Assembly: GCA_033442325.1 (NCBI GenBank)
Contig: JAWQFM010000021.1
Location: forward strand, 344,040-408,039
DNA from: Salpingoeca rosetta
Lineage: Eukaryota > Protista > Choanoflagellata
Reading direction: 5' to 3'
DNA length: 64,000 nt
Shown here: positions 15,236 through 27,711 of the stretch, piece after piece
Numbering within the stretch: the first letter of the stretch is position 1
How the letters are laid out: the number at the start of each line of letters is the position of its first letter
Program-made: the position numbers and the translations under genes
The notes under the pieces: model-generated
Seen by the model: the letters and a program-made list of their open reading frames with translations, nothing else
What the model was told of the DNA's origin: nothing
Database searches by the model: none

Positions 15236-18200
15236 TCAGGCGTCTGCGAGGGCGGCCTTTGCCTCCTCTGTGTTGCAGTAGAGGTCGCCGTCGTCCACGC
15301 TGGCAAACTGCTGCACGGCCTGCTTCTCGCGCTCCTTGAGCGGCACAACGGGCGCCTCCGCATCGCGGGTCCACACCGTCGGGCCAACCGCCTCGTAGTC
15401 GGACGACGACGCCGCGCCCATGCTCGACTGCGCATACATGGGGTTGTCCAGCGAGGAGACGTTGAGGGTGAAGCCCGCGTCCGAGTTGGCCGAGCCATAG
15501 TAGCCGACGAGGCTGGGCAGGTCCGGGAAGGCCGGCTGCGGGCGGTTGTTGGCCGGCACCAGCTCGTAGAAGCCGTCGTCCGTGCGGCGGATCTTCTCGT
15601 GGATGACAGCCTCCTCCGTGCGCACGCCAATCATGTGCCAGCCAGGCGTCGCCTTGGAGTCGCGGACAATGAACGACCCCTGCGGCGCAGAGAGCAGCTC
15701 GTTGGTCGTCTCCTGGCGCGTGTAGTCCGGCTGGTACCACGCGTACAGCGGGTTGCTCATGCCGGGCTGGAAGGCCATAGAGTACGTGTACTGCGCCTCG
15801 CCGCCCTCGCCCTGCACGCCGTACTGGGGCGCAACAAACGTGGGGTTGTCCATGGCGCGCACGCTCTGCAGCGCCTTGGTGCTGCTCTCGTACAGGTCCT
15901 CCGTACGGCGGCGGCGCACAACAAGCACAACAACCAGCGCAACCAGCACCAGCAGCGCAACAATGCCAACGGCAATGCCCGCAATCGTGGAGCTGGCAAG
16001 GCTGGCTGAGGCGTCGCGCTGAGAGCCAAGGTTGGTGACAATCGGGTTGCCGTTCTCGTCCGTGGCCGGCGCCGAGGTGGTGCTGGCCGTGGTGGTGGTG
16101 CTAGTGGTAGTCGTGGTGGTCGAGGTCGTCTGCGCGCGCTCGCACACATCACCGGAGAAGCCAAAGCGGCAGTCGCAGGTGAAGGTGCGGAAGCCGTCCA
16201 CGCAGCGGCCGCGGCCGGAGCACGTCTGGCCGTCGCAGTCGTCGTGCAGGCGAACCTCGAGCGACGCCTTCACGGCGGGCGCAGAGGACGGGTCGTTCTG
16301 GAGGACAGCCTCCACCTCCACGCCATGCACGCCGTGGGCGGTGTTGGTGGTGGAGGGCATGCGGGCCAGCTGCAGGGCGCCGTCCCTGGTCACCCTGAAC
16401 AGGCCGTTGGTGTCGTCGTGTGTGAGGCGGAAGGTGACGGCGTGCAGCTCCGGGTCCACGGCTGCAAAGCGGAACACCGTGCTGCCGACCGACGCGTCCG
16501 TGTTGACCAAGACGGGCGTGTCCGGGATGTTGGTGAAGACAATGGGCTCGTCGACGTTGGTCACGTACACGGTGAAGCGCTCCTGCTCAATGCTCTCCGC
16601 GGTGCTGGGGAGGTTGGGGAAGGACACGCTCACGTCCACGTGGAAGGCCTGGTGCAGTTCGTAGTCGATGGCGCCGTCAACAAGCAGCTGGTCACCCGAG
16701 ATGCGGAACGGCGTGGGCGTGTTGGCGCTTGGAACAATGGCAATCGAAGGGTTGCCGCCCGCGGGGACGCCGCGCAGCACAAACGTGCCCACAACCGTGC
16801 CCGCAGCCACGTTCTCCTGCACGCCGGCAAAGTGCGTGCCGTCCTCAAAGCGGATGCTGAGGGGCTCCTTCTCCACGGCAATGTCAATGGTGAAGGTGGC
16901 AGTGAGCGGCTCGTCGCTCGCGTCGGTAATGGACACGGACAGGCTGACCGTCTGGCCCGCGGTGAGGGACGAGGCGTCGCGCACGGCAATGGTGGCGGCA
17001 AAGTTGGTGTTGGCGCTGCCGGAGGAGGGCGCCTGCGGGTTGCTCAGCTGCTCCTGCTCGGCCTCGCGGCGGCGGCGGCGCTGGTCCTCCGCAGAGTTGG
17101 AGTCCACCACCTCAAACACGTCCGCGTGCGACTCCAGCGTGACGGTGTACGTCTGCGCAAGGTCGTCGTCGGCAACCACCAGCTCGCCGACAATGTCGCC
17201 GGGCTGGGCAGACTCGTAGACGCTGCCGCCGCCGTTGGCCCAGGCCACGCCCGTGATGGGGTCGTTGGAGTTCTCCAGCGGAATAACAAGCTCCACGCCG
17301 TTGAGCATGCCTTGGTCGTCCACCACCTTCACCACAAAGGCAAAGGTGCCGTCCTGTGTGGCCTCGTAGTTGAGCTCAGACTCGAGCGTGACGGCGACGG
17401 AGCACTTCATCACGCCGTTCTCGGGCTGGCACGCCGGCGCGCCCAGGCTCAGGATGCCGGCAACGTCGGCGGGGAGCGAGAAGGAGAGCGGGCCGCTGTT
17501 GGCGTCGTGGTCCTCCGCGGAGATGGCACCAATCACCGTACCCGTGGCCGTGTTCTCCGGGAGCGGGTCCTGGACCAGGGTGAGCGCGACGTTCTCCGCG
17601 CCGTCGTTGTTGTTGACAACCTGCACGGTGATGACGAGCGGCTGGGAGGCGGCGCCCTGGTCGTCGGCGCACACAATCTCCACCATGTGCTCCATGTCGG
17701 CCTCGTAGTCGAGGGCCTGCACGAGGATGATGCGGCGGTTCTGCATGACAAAGTTGCTGCCGTCCGTCTGGGTGAGGGTGCAGCCAACAATGTCCGAGTC
17801 GACGTCGTCCACGTCAATGTCGGCGACCGCGCGGTCAATGGGCGCGGCCTCCGGCACGAGGATGGTGGTGGTGCCCTCGGGCTGGTCCACCAGGCGCAGG
17901 TTGGTCGGGGCCTCGTTGACGTTGGTCACCTCCACCGCGAACGTGCGCGTGATGGCGTTGCCGGCCTTGTCCGTGGCGGTCACGGTCACGCTGAGGGACC
18001 TGTCCTCCTCGTTCTCAAAGTCAAACACGCGCGCGGTGCGCAGCTCTGCACCCACGAGGGCAAAGTTGGCGGCGTCGCCCGCATCGAGGGCGAGCGTGTG
18101 CTCGTCGCCGGCGTCCGGGTCTGTCACGGAGACGGTGCCGACGGCGGTGCCGACGTCGCTGTTCTCGGGCACGCTGGCGGGGGACAGCTGCATGTCCTCC

Positions 18201-21200
18201 GGCGCCTCGTTGACATCCTCAATGTTGATGACAACGTCGGTGCTGTGGGACTGGCCGCCGCCGTCGCGGGCGCCGAGGCGCATGCTGTAGGCGGCCTTGG
18301 ACTCAAAGTCGAGGGCCGCGCCAACGGTGATGTCGCCCGTGGTGGGGTCCACGAGGAACACGCCGCCCGTGTTGGCCTCGACGTGCGCCCAGCTGTACAC
18401 CACGTTGCCCCAGTCGCCGTCCGTGTTGGTGTCGTCGGCGGTGACGCGGCCGACGACGCTGCCCACGGCCGCGGACTCGGCCACGGTGAAGACGTACTGC
18501 GTCTCGGCAAAGAGCGGCTGGGAGTTGGTGAGCTGGAGCTCAATGTACAGGGGGACTTCGACAGAGTTGCCGGCAGAGTCTGTGGCAACCACGTGCACGA
18601 GGCTCTCAAACGCCTGGTTGTGCAGCACGTCCTCGGTGACCTCAAAGTCCTGCGTGAGGGTGACGCGGCCGGCCTGGTCCACGGCGAGAATGTGGTTGGT
18701 GCCGCGGATGGAGTAGGTGACCGTGTTGCTGGCGTCGCCGGCAACGAGCGGGTTCATGGCGTCGACGGTGACGAGCTCGTCCCCCTGGCTGGCGCTGCCG
18801 ACGATGCGGCCCGTGTACATGGTGGAGGTGAACTTGGGCCCGCACTCGGCGCCGTTGGTGTAGTCAAAGCTCCAGTCCGAGGAGGACACCGCGGGCTGGC
18901 ACGTCTGGCAAATGTTCTCGTCGGCGGCGTTGGTCTGGGAGGCGAGGTAGCAGACGCCGTCGATGGTGCAGGCGTCCGCGTTGGGCTCGCAGCCGTGGGC
19001 GGTGCACACCTGGCACACAGAGTCGTACCAGGTGAACGAGGCCGAGGGCTCGCTCCAGTTCTCGCCGTCCATGGAGACCTCGATGGTCTGGGTGACCTGG
19101 TTGCTGCCAGACTGCTCGACGGTGGGGACGCGGCAGCGCACCTCGAGCGCGGAGAGGAACAGGGCCTCCGTCACCACGTCGCCGTTGAAGCGGCAGGCGA
19201 GGCCGGCCGACTTCCAGAAGCCCTCGCCGAGCACGGAGATCTCCGCGGGGCAGCCGAAGCGGCCGCGCGTGTCGCAGAGGGGCGGGTCGGCGCGGTCGAG
19301 CGAGGGCGGCTGGCGCTGGTCCAGGGAGCAGTCCTCGCTGGTGAAAAACTCGTCGCACACGCAGCGGGACTTGACGCACTGGCCGTGGCCGGAGCAGCCG
19401 TTGGGGCAGAGCACCGTCTGCAGCTCGCCGTCGGGCTCCATCGGGTTGCCGTCCTCGTCTTTCTCCCAGGTGTCGAGGTCGCGGTTGCCAAAGTCGGCGC
19501 ACTGGTCCTCCAGGGCGTCAACGGCGACGGCGAGGAAGTCCGGGTCGCCGCCCGTCTCAATCAGGTCCTCCACGCACTGAGCGAGGAAGGCGTCCATGGG
19601 GAACTGCGGGAAGAGGTGCAGGCAGCGCACGGCGACGGGGTGGGCGTTGAGCTTGTTGCACTCGGCCTCGGCCTCCTGCTGGGTCCACTCCTGTGGCAGC
19701 TGCTCGGCGATGACGGAGCCGTCAAAGTCGATGCCCTCGGCGTCCTCCTCGTCTGCGGGGATGCTCTTCTTGAGGATGCCCGTGATGTCCTCCACGTCCG
19801 GGTTGTTGAGGATGGGGCGGACAAAGGGCGGGTCCTGGTAGTCGCACTCCTCCGCAAACGGCGGCAGCGTGGGGCCGTCGTCCGAGATGCCGCTCGGGTA
19901 CCAGGAGAAGAGATTCTCCGTCGGGCGCTGGCTCTCGTACAGCAGGTCCAGGTTGTAGATCCACCTGTTGTAGCCAATGTCCATGTCGTCGTTGGGGTTG
20001 CCGTTGTTGTTGCCGCAGACGCCGACGGTGTTGCCGTAGTCCACGCCGGGGGCGGTGACGTAGACGTTGATGTAGCGGCGGCGGATGGCGGACCAGTAGT
20101 TGACCTGCGCATCGACGCGGGCGCCCGAGGCAAACTGGATAACGTAGCGCGGGTTGGAGGAGCCCGTGATGCCCACCTTTGGGTAGGAGCCCGAATCGCA
20201 CTGCGTGCTGCCGCAGGAGCGGCGGTAGCGCACCGTGTGGCCGTCCTCGCACAGGCTGATGACGACAATGTCGTTGCCCTCGCGGGCGGCAATGGCGCAG
20301 TGGACGGCGGGGCGGGAGAACGAGTACATGTCCGTCTGCACCTCAAACCTGCGCACGGTGGACTTGTAGAAGATGACGCGGCCTGGGGCGTAAATGTGGA
20401 ACGCGTGGCCGTCAAAGCTGCGGTAGTGGGGGTCGCCCGTGGCGCGGCACACGGCCGAGGGCCGCGGGGCCGTCTCCAGGCTCAGGTCCGGCAGGTCAAA
20501 GCCGTTGTAGTACAGCGACGCGCTGTCAATGGGCTCCGTCACAATGGTGAAATCCTTCTCGCCATCATCAATGAAATCCTCAACAGCGCGGACTGTTTTG
20601 TGTGTGTGTGTGTGTGTGTATGGGAGTGAGTGTTGGGTGTGAATGTGAATGTGAGAGCGTGTGTGTGAGAGCGTGTGAGAGCGTGTGTGTGTGTGTGTTG
20701 GAAAGTGAGCGTGAGTGAATAAACGCAGTCTGTGAATGAAGGTCTGTTGTGTGGTTGGTGTGCTGTTAGTTGGAGCGCATTTTGATGCACATCTCCTGCA
20801 GGTAGCACGTCGTGTCAAAACGATAATGCGCACCAGTGATGAATCGGGACTCTGTCCACTGGTGGGGGAGCCACTTGACGTGGCAAGAGTCAAGGGCGAG
20901 CTCTTCGGGGTGGGAGTTGGTCAGCTTGATGACGACGTTGCACTCTGGTGTTGGTGTGTGTGTGAGGTGGTGATGACATCATGGAAGCATGGAAGGATGG
21001 GGGGAAGGGGGTTAGAATGTTGAGGTGGTGCTTGTGCTTGTGCTTGTGTCTGTGTGGTGTGATTGTAACAATTTTCATAGCACAACTCGTGATGTGGAAC
21101 AACCCCGTGCATCATACGCATGAGCAAACGTTGTGCAGGTGCAAATGAGGGAAAGCGCACCGCGTTCAGCGTCGCCTTGGCAGATGATGGGCTCGTCTAG

Positions 21201-21654
21201 CTTGAGCTCAAACACTTGGCTGAAACCTTCATTCACGCGGAAGGTCGTGGACACCGGGTTGGGGCTGATCGTCACTTGGACTGTTGTGTGTGTGTGTGTG
21301 AGTGTGCGTGCGTGTGTGTGTGTGAGTGTGGGGGGGGGTTCGAGAGAGTGTGTGTGTGTGAGTGTGTGTGTGTGAAAAATGAGTACAGCGCAATGTGGAA
21401 TGTGACGGCAAAGGAAAAGGGAGGGAGGGAGGAAGAAGAGCTCTTGCAATCGATCAATCAAAACAGGAGCGCTGTGATGTGATGTGACAACATGAACAGG
21501 ACACACCGACTGACTGCCACCATCATCTGTAACACACAACAACAACGACAACAACAACAACGACAACAGCAACACCCGTACCTGCAGTTGTGGATGCAGC
21601 AAGCGTCACCACCACAGTGGCCACGAACAGGGCCAGTGCGGTGCGGGCGAGCAT
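15236..21654 (-). CDS. Cadherin receptor: signal peptide, VWD, Cys-rich/EGF, IPT/TIG-like, about 8 cadherin repeats, EGF, Thr stalk, TM and cytoplasmic SH2
   Basis: Exons 21654-21582 (MLARTALALFVATVVVTLAA), 21280-21161, 20944-20834 and 20592-15236, all phase-compatible. VWD motif CRATGDPHYRSFDG; EGF motifs CPNGCSGHGQC and CSGRGRCVDG; cadherin motifs PE, LDFE/LDYE and DVNEAP/NVNEAP; TM IAGIAVGIVALLVLVALVVVLVV followed by RRRR; SH2 WYQ...GSFIVRDS...FPDLPSLVGYY at 15497-15739. Confidence 0.93.
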
Positions 21655-22214
21655 GGCTGCGATTGGGGGAGGGGGGGGAGACAAGGTCAGCCGAGCGTGT
21701 GTCGTCGCTTCGGATGAATTGAGGCGAAGAGTAATGTAATGACTCGACGGGCGACGTCGCACACAACGAGAAACGCACATCGAAGTCTGCTATCCACAGA
21801 ACAGCGACGAATAATGCGCGTTTAGCGGTGAAAACAGCCTGAGAAGCACTGCACGTTTTGTGTGCTGCGAGCAGTGCAGTTTGTTGCAAGCGCCCCTTTC
21901 TTGAGAGGTAAAAATTGCCTTCCCAGCTTGCTTCGTTTTGTTTGTTTGTTTGGGTTTCGATGTTGCGTTGACGCGCGAAGCAGACAGCAGATTTCATCAC
22001 GATCGCACGCAAGCAAGGCTCAAGATCACAGTGGACCCGGCATCATCATTGCATCGCAGCGGGTTGCTTGAGCCGTGTGTGGGTTGCTTTGTTGCTTCAG
22101 CGGACCGATCCCCATTTCCCTCCGCACCTCACCCACCCAAGAAGACTCTCTCACGTCCAAGCGCACACGCACATACACACACACACACGACAGCCTTCCA
22201 CACGACTCGCCACC
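21655..22214. promoter_or_regulatory. Putative bidirectional promoter between cadherin-SH2 and PEP synthase
   Basis: Divergent ATGs 560 bp apart. Confidence 0.4.
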
Positions 22215-24271
22215 ATGTCGTCCTCCACTACCAAGTCCAGCGCTCACATCCTCTGGTTTGAGGAGATCAGCATCGAAGATGTGCCCGTCGTTGGCGGCAA
22301 GAACGCCTCGCTCGGCGAAATGTACGTGTGTATGTGTGTGTGTGCGTGTCTGTGTCTGTGTCTGTATTTGTGTGTACGTGTGCGTCTGTGTGTGTCTGTG
22401 CGTCTGCAAGTCCCTCCATCTCCCCATCTCTCCATCTCCATATCTCCCCATCTCCCCATCTCTCCATCTCCATATCTCCCCATCTCCCCATCTCCCCATC
22501 TCCCCATCTCCATATTTCTCCATCTCTTCACCTCTCGATCTGTCCACCTCCATCAACCCTCACGCCCTTTCTCCCTCCCTCTCCAACACTCTCGCTCCAT
22601 CTCCGTCTTTCCCCCTCCCCATTGTCCCTTTTCTCGTACAGGTACCAAGCGTTGACACCAAAGGGCATCAACATCCCTAACGGGTATGCCATCACGGCCA
22701 GCGCATACTTTTACTTCCTGGACAAGGCGGGCATTCGCAACGAGATTCGCACCATCATGCAAGGCCTCGATGTCACCGACACCCGCAACCTTGAGGAGCG
22801 TGGCGCCAAGGTAATTGTGTGTGTGTGTGTGTGTGTCTGTGTGTGTGTGTGTTGCATGTGCGCTTTTGCATGATCCATCTGGCTTCATCGCAGCCCCCCC
22901 CCCCGGGCGCTTGCACCGCCACGCGTCCAAACCCAATTTACGTCCGTCTGTGGTTTGTTCCCCCCTCCCCCAAACACGCTCACGTTTTCCACTGTAAACC
23001 AATGCCAAACACATGCAGGTGCGCAAGCTGATCCTGTCCAAGGACCTCCCTGCTGACCTGGAGGCGAAGATCACAGCCGCCTACGACAAGCTGAGCGAGC
23101 ACGTGGGCGTCCCCAACACGGACGTAGCCGTGCGCTCGTCTGCAACAGCCGAGGACCTGCCCAACGCCAGCTTTGCAGGGCAGCAGGAGACGTTTCTGAA
23201 CGTGCGCGGCCACAAGGCGCTGCTGGAATCCTGCAAGGCGTGCATCGCCTCTCTCTTCACGAACCGCGCCATCGCCTACCGCGAAAACAACGGTGTGTGC
23301 AGTGTTTGTTTTGTGTGTGGGTGTGTGTGTGGGTGTATGCATGAGTGTGGGTGTGGGTGTGGGTGGGTATGGTGTGCTTGTGTTATTGGATGCATATGCG
23401 TGGGTGTGCACTGTGCACTGTGCACATGATCCTTGAAAGCATGCACAGGCACGCGCATGCGCATACAAAGTGTAGTGCAGCTGCCACAACGTCGCTCACC
23501 AACACCAACACCCACACCCACACCACCACCACCACCACCACCACCGTCTCGGCAGGGTTTGACCACTTTGAGGTTGGCCTGTCCGTGTGCGTGCAGAAGA
23601 TGGTGCGCTCTGATCTTGCGTCAAGCGGTGTCATCTTCTCCATCGACACAGAGTCGGGCTTTGACAAGACGGTCTTCGTCACCGGCGCATGGGGCCTGGG
23701 CGAAAACATCGTTCAGGGCCACGTCAACCCAGACGAGGTGCGTACTCATCTGGGTTGGAGGGGCGTTACATATGTGTGTGTGAGTGTGTGTGGAAGTGTG
23801 TGTGTGTGTGTGTGCGTGTTGGAGGGGCGTTACATATGTGTGTGTGAGTGTGTGTGGAAGTGTGTGTGTGTGCGTGTGTGTGTGTGTGTGTGTGTGGAAG
23901 TGTGTGCGTGTGTACATGCACATGTGGGTTCGCTTGTCCTATTTTCCTTGTCCAAGCTGTGTCTCCAATCCCATCGTTCAACACTGCTTGGCTGACGCCC
24001 TTCTCACCCTTTTGCACGCCCTACACTTCCCGCACCGCCACCTCCACTTCCACTTCCACTGCCGCTCAGTTCTACGTGTTCAAGCCCATGCTGGATGAGC
24101 CAGGGTGCCGCCCCATCATCAGCCGTAAGCTCGGCGCAAAGCAGTTCCGCATGATCTACGCCACAGACTCGAGCAAGCTCTCCGTCAAGAACATTCGCAC
24201 GCAGCAGCAGGACCGCCTGCGCTTCTGCATCTCCGATGACGAAGTCATCCAGCTCGCCAAGTGGGCCACAG

Positions 24272-24308
<37 letters not shown>

Positions 24309-24419
24309 GAAATGTGGAAGGCGAGTGAAGGTAGCTCCGGTCTTGACTGTTCAAAAGCTTCACCGTACCCTCAATCTTGCATGCATGCATGCAACTGCTC
24401 TCTTTTAACACACACACAC

Positions 24420-24457
<38 letters not shown>

Positions 24458-24847
24458 ACACANNNNNNNNNNNNNNNNNNNNNNNNNNNNNNNNNNNNNN
24501 NNNNNNNNNNNNNNNNNNNNNNNNNNNNNNNNNNNNNNNNNNNNNNNNNNNNNNNNNNNNNNGCCGCGCACACGTGCTCACCCCACAACCACAGGAGATG
24601 TACGCGTGTGCAGATGTGGTGGCGACGGCACAGAGTGTGCACATCTACATTGTGTGCGCGCAGGCGCGTGTCATCAACGACGTGCCCCACATAGGAGAGC
24701 TCGAGCGGGGGCGAGGCGCTCATCACAGATATGCCCGCCCCAGTCTGCGCGCATCTCAAGAAGAACACAAACCATATTGTCCACACGCGCGGCGCGAACG
24801 TGCGTGTATTTTTGAGAGAGAGAGGAGCGAGGGGGATAGCGTGCGTC

Positions 24848-24910
<63 letters not shown>

Positions 24911-25388
24911 TGCGTTCTGTCTGACTGCTCCAGTAAACAACCTCATGCACACACTCACGCACACGCAGGTGCCATGCTGCCATCATCTCCCGCGAGCTTG
25001 GCGTGCCCTGTGTCGTCGGCTGTCAAACCGCCACGGAGCAGGTTCCAAACGGCGAAATGGTCACAGTCGACTGCTCAGGTAAGCTGCCGTTGTGTTCTTG
25101 TGTATTCTTGTGTATGTGTGTGTCTGTGTCTGTGTCTATCTGTCTGTCTGTTGGGCGAAATGGAGTTTGCGACAGGCACACACCGCATGTCTCCCTTTGA
25201 CTCCTTGTCCTTGTGCGCGCACTTCAGGCGGTGAGACGGGTCACGTGGTCCGCGGAGAGCGAAAGTTTGTGGTGCACGAAACGGACATCACAACGGTATC
25301 AATATTTGGCGTGGAAGCAATGGCGCAGTTCCCGATCATGTGCATGTTGTTGTGTCTGTCAGCCGAATGGCGCCGTCGTGTGTGTGTG

Positions 25389-25423
<35 letters not shown>

Positions 25424-26225
25424 GTGTTTGTTTGTGTGTTTGTTTGTTTGTGTTTGTTTGTTTGTTGATCTGCGTTTACATGGTCATGTATCTTTCCACG
25501 TCTCAGCTTGTTCTCGCTCGCTGGCTCATCCCCACCCTGTGAATCTCGCACACACACGGGTCTTGTCATCGGTGACAGATTCCCAAGACCAAGACCAAGA
25601 CGATGCTCATTCTTGGCAACCCAGACCTTGCGTTCGACCTCAGCTTCACCCCAGCACAGGGCGTGGGCCTCGTTCGCATGGAGTTCATGGTTCGTTGCGT
25701 GTGTGCAAGAGTGCAAGAGAGACAGTGCGTGTGTGTGATGTGTGTCTGTGCGAGCGCACGCACGTGAAGCGGCCTTTGACTGTTCTTGTGTGCTAGTGTA
25801 TGCTCTGTGTTTTGCTTTCTCACGTGACATGAATGCACAATCCACCACGCTGTTGCTTCCCGTTGTTCAGATCATGAACCACATCAAGGTGCACCCGCTC
25901 GCCCTCCTCGACATGGATGTGCTCACGCCAGAAGAGGTATGGGGGCTTTGCTGACGGGCTGCTGTTTCATCACACCTTTGTCATTTGTGCAAGGCTGCTC
26001 ACAAACCAAAACCTGCTCACTTTCATTTCATTCACACGCATACACACCTTCACATCCACACATCCCCCCCCCATCTTCAACTGGCAGCGCGTTGAGGTAA
26101 AGCAGCTGATCCAGGGGTACGACGACCCGAGCGAGTTCTTTGTGTCGCATTTGGCCGAGGGCATTGCCTCCATCGCCGCCGCATTCCACCCGCATGACGT
26201 CATCCTCAGATTCTCAGACTTCAAG
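22215..26225 (+). CDS. ppsA: Phosphoenolpyruvate synthase (pyruvate, water dikinase), bacterial PpsA-like; 3' part absent from this assembly
   Basis: [73 protein letters not shown], phospho-His motif [21 protein letters not shown] and IKVHPLALL are present. The last recognisable exon ends in ILRFSDFK. About 11 spliceosomal introns. Confidence 0.92.
22412..22525. repeat. (CCCCATCT/CTCCATAT) pyrimidine-rich minisatellite in PEP synthase intron 1
   Basis: Visible directly. Confidence 0.85.
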
Positions 26226-26428
26226 GTCTCCGCACCAAGTGCTGCTGCACAAGCAAGCACGCTTCTGATGTGTCGTGATTTGGTGTATGTGTGTGTGGTT
26301 GGTGTGTGTGTGTGTGTGTGTGTGTGTTATGGTGCGCTTGTTTTGCACGCTTCCTGCTCCTTTCCAGAACGTGCGCCGGTTTACAAGCCTGCCACTCACA
26401 CCTGTGCACCGACATCGATTCCTCCTTT

Positions 26429-26547
<119 letters not shown>

Positions 26548-27010
26548 CAGTCTCCGACATCATAAATTTTGTTGTGCGTCATCAACGACTATCGCCGCCA
26601 ACACCAAAGCAACCAAAGCAAACAACCACAGCGCCTTGTTTGTGTCCATCGTGTGTGCGGTGTTGGATGGATGGTGGCTTTCATTGCCGCAGTCTCAACG
26701 CTCTTGGTCCTGGTGAGCACGCGCACACGCCAGGAAGAGCCGCACACGCTTGTTTGATCGAGGGCATACCGTCTGCTTTCTGCGTGGCTGTTTGTGTGCA
26801 TGTTTGTGTGTGTGGAGGAGGATGCACGACGCTTGTTGTGATTGTTGATTGAGCGTGTCCTGCACGAGTAAGCTTCCCAGAGCTGGAGTATAGATAGAGA
26901 GAGAGTGTGTGTGTGTGTGTGTGTGTTTGCGTGTGTTTGTGCCACAAAGTTATGTTTCATGATCGCTTGTTGCCTCTTCTCCCACCTAGGTATTCCGGTG
27001 GCTCAAACAC

Positions 27011-27676
27011 ATGGCCGAAGGACTCCTGTCCGCCTTCCTTGGGGTGTGTATGATGTCGTGCGGAGTGTGTGTGTGTGTGTGTGTGTCGTGTGTCTGTGTG
27101 ACTGTGTGTGTTGTGTGTGTGTTGTGTGTGTTGTGTGTTGTGTGTGTGTGTGTGTGTGAGCGTGCGTCTGTCTGAACCTGTATCCGTGCGTCTGTCTGAA
27201 CCTGTATCCGTGCTGGTTCGTTCTTCACTCTGCGTTGGCTGTGAGTTGCGTGCCCGACACCGCTTCTGGCGTTACACAGCATCCCACCCACCACGCCCCA
27301 CGTGACTCACGCACATACCCACACGCGCGCGTGCGCATTGCACCACGGATGCCGCTGTGCAGGGCGTAAGTGAACCAGGGGCCATCACGGTGCTTGGTCG
27401 CCGCTATGATGCGACACAGGAGTCGGACGACCTCAAGGCCCACATTCGCCGGCTGGTCTGGCTCACATACCGCAAAGGCTACGATCCCATCCATGGTGTG
27501 TGAGTGGCTGTGTGTGGCTGTGTGTGGCTGTGTCTGTGTGTTATCTGGCTTGTCTGTGTGGATAACCATCGCCAAACACCACCTTTCAAATGCTCGCTTT
27601 TTCCGCTGTTGTCTCCAAGTACCACACGCACTCTCCTAATCCCATTTCAACACGCTCACACACACACACACTCACA

Positions 27677-27711
<35 letters not shown>

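Noticed and set aside
16244-20629. 1461-aa plus-strand ORF antisense to the cadherin
   Set aside because: It is a shadow ORF produced by extreme GC3 bias on the coding strand and has no recognisable motifs.
20593-20893. N-terminal 100 aa of the 1885-aa ORF as the true cadherin start
   Set aside because: It is mostly intron read-through; spliced upstream exons supply a proper signal peptide starting at 21654.
15236-21654. Calling the cadherin a hedgling
   Set aside because: No Hedgehog N-terminal or VWA domain is visible; the N-terminal module is VWD (GDPH).
23755-23900. Direct repeat of about 55 nt (also 51697-51790, 947-995 and 27160-27210) resembling a CRISPR array or transposon ends
   Set aside because: Only 2-3 copies, no unique spacers, intronic, and no cas or transposase gene; these are local slippage duplications.
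24563-24800. Frameshifted, degenerate ppsA exon suggesting a pseudogene
   Set aside because: It lies immediately after an N gap and still traces GE.LITDM..P....KK...IV..RG, which is typical of a low-quality read end rather than decay.
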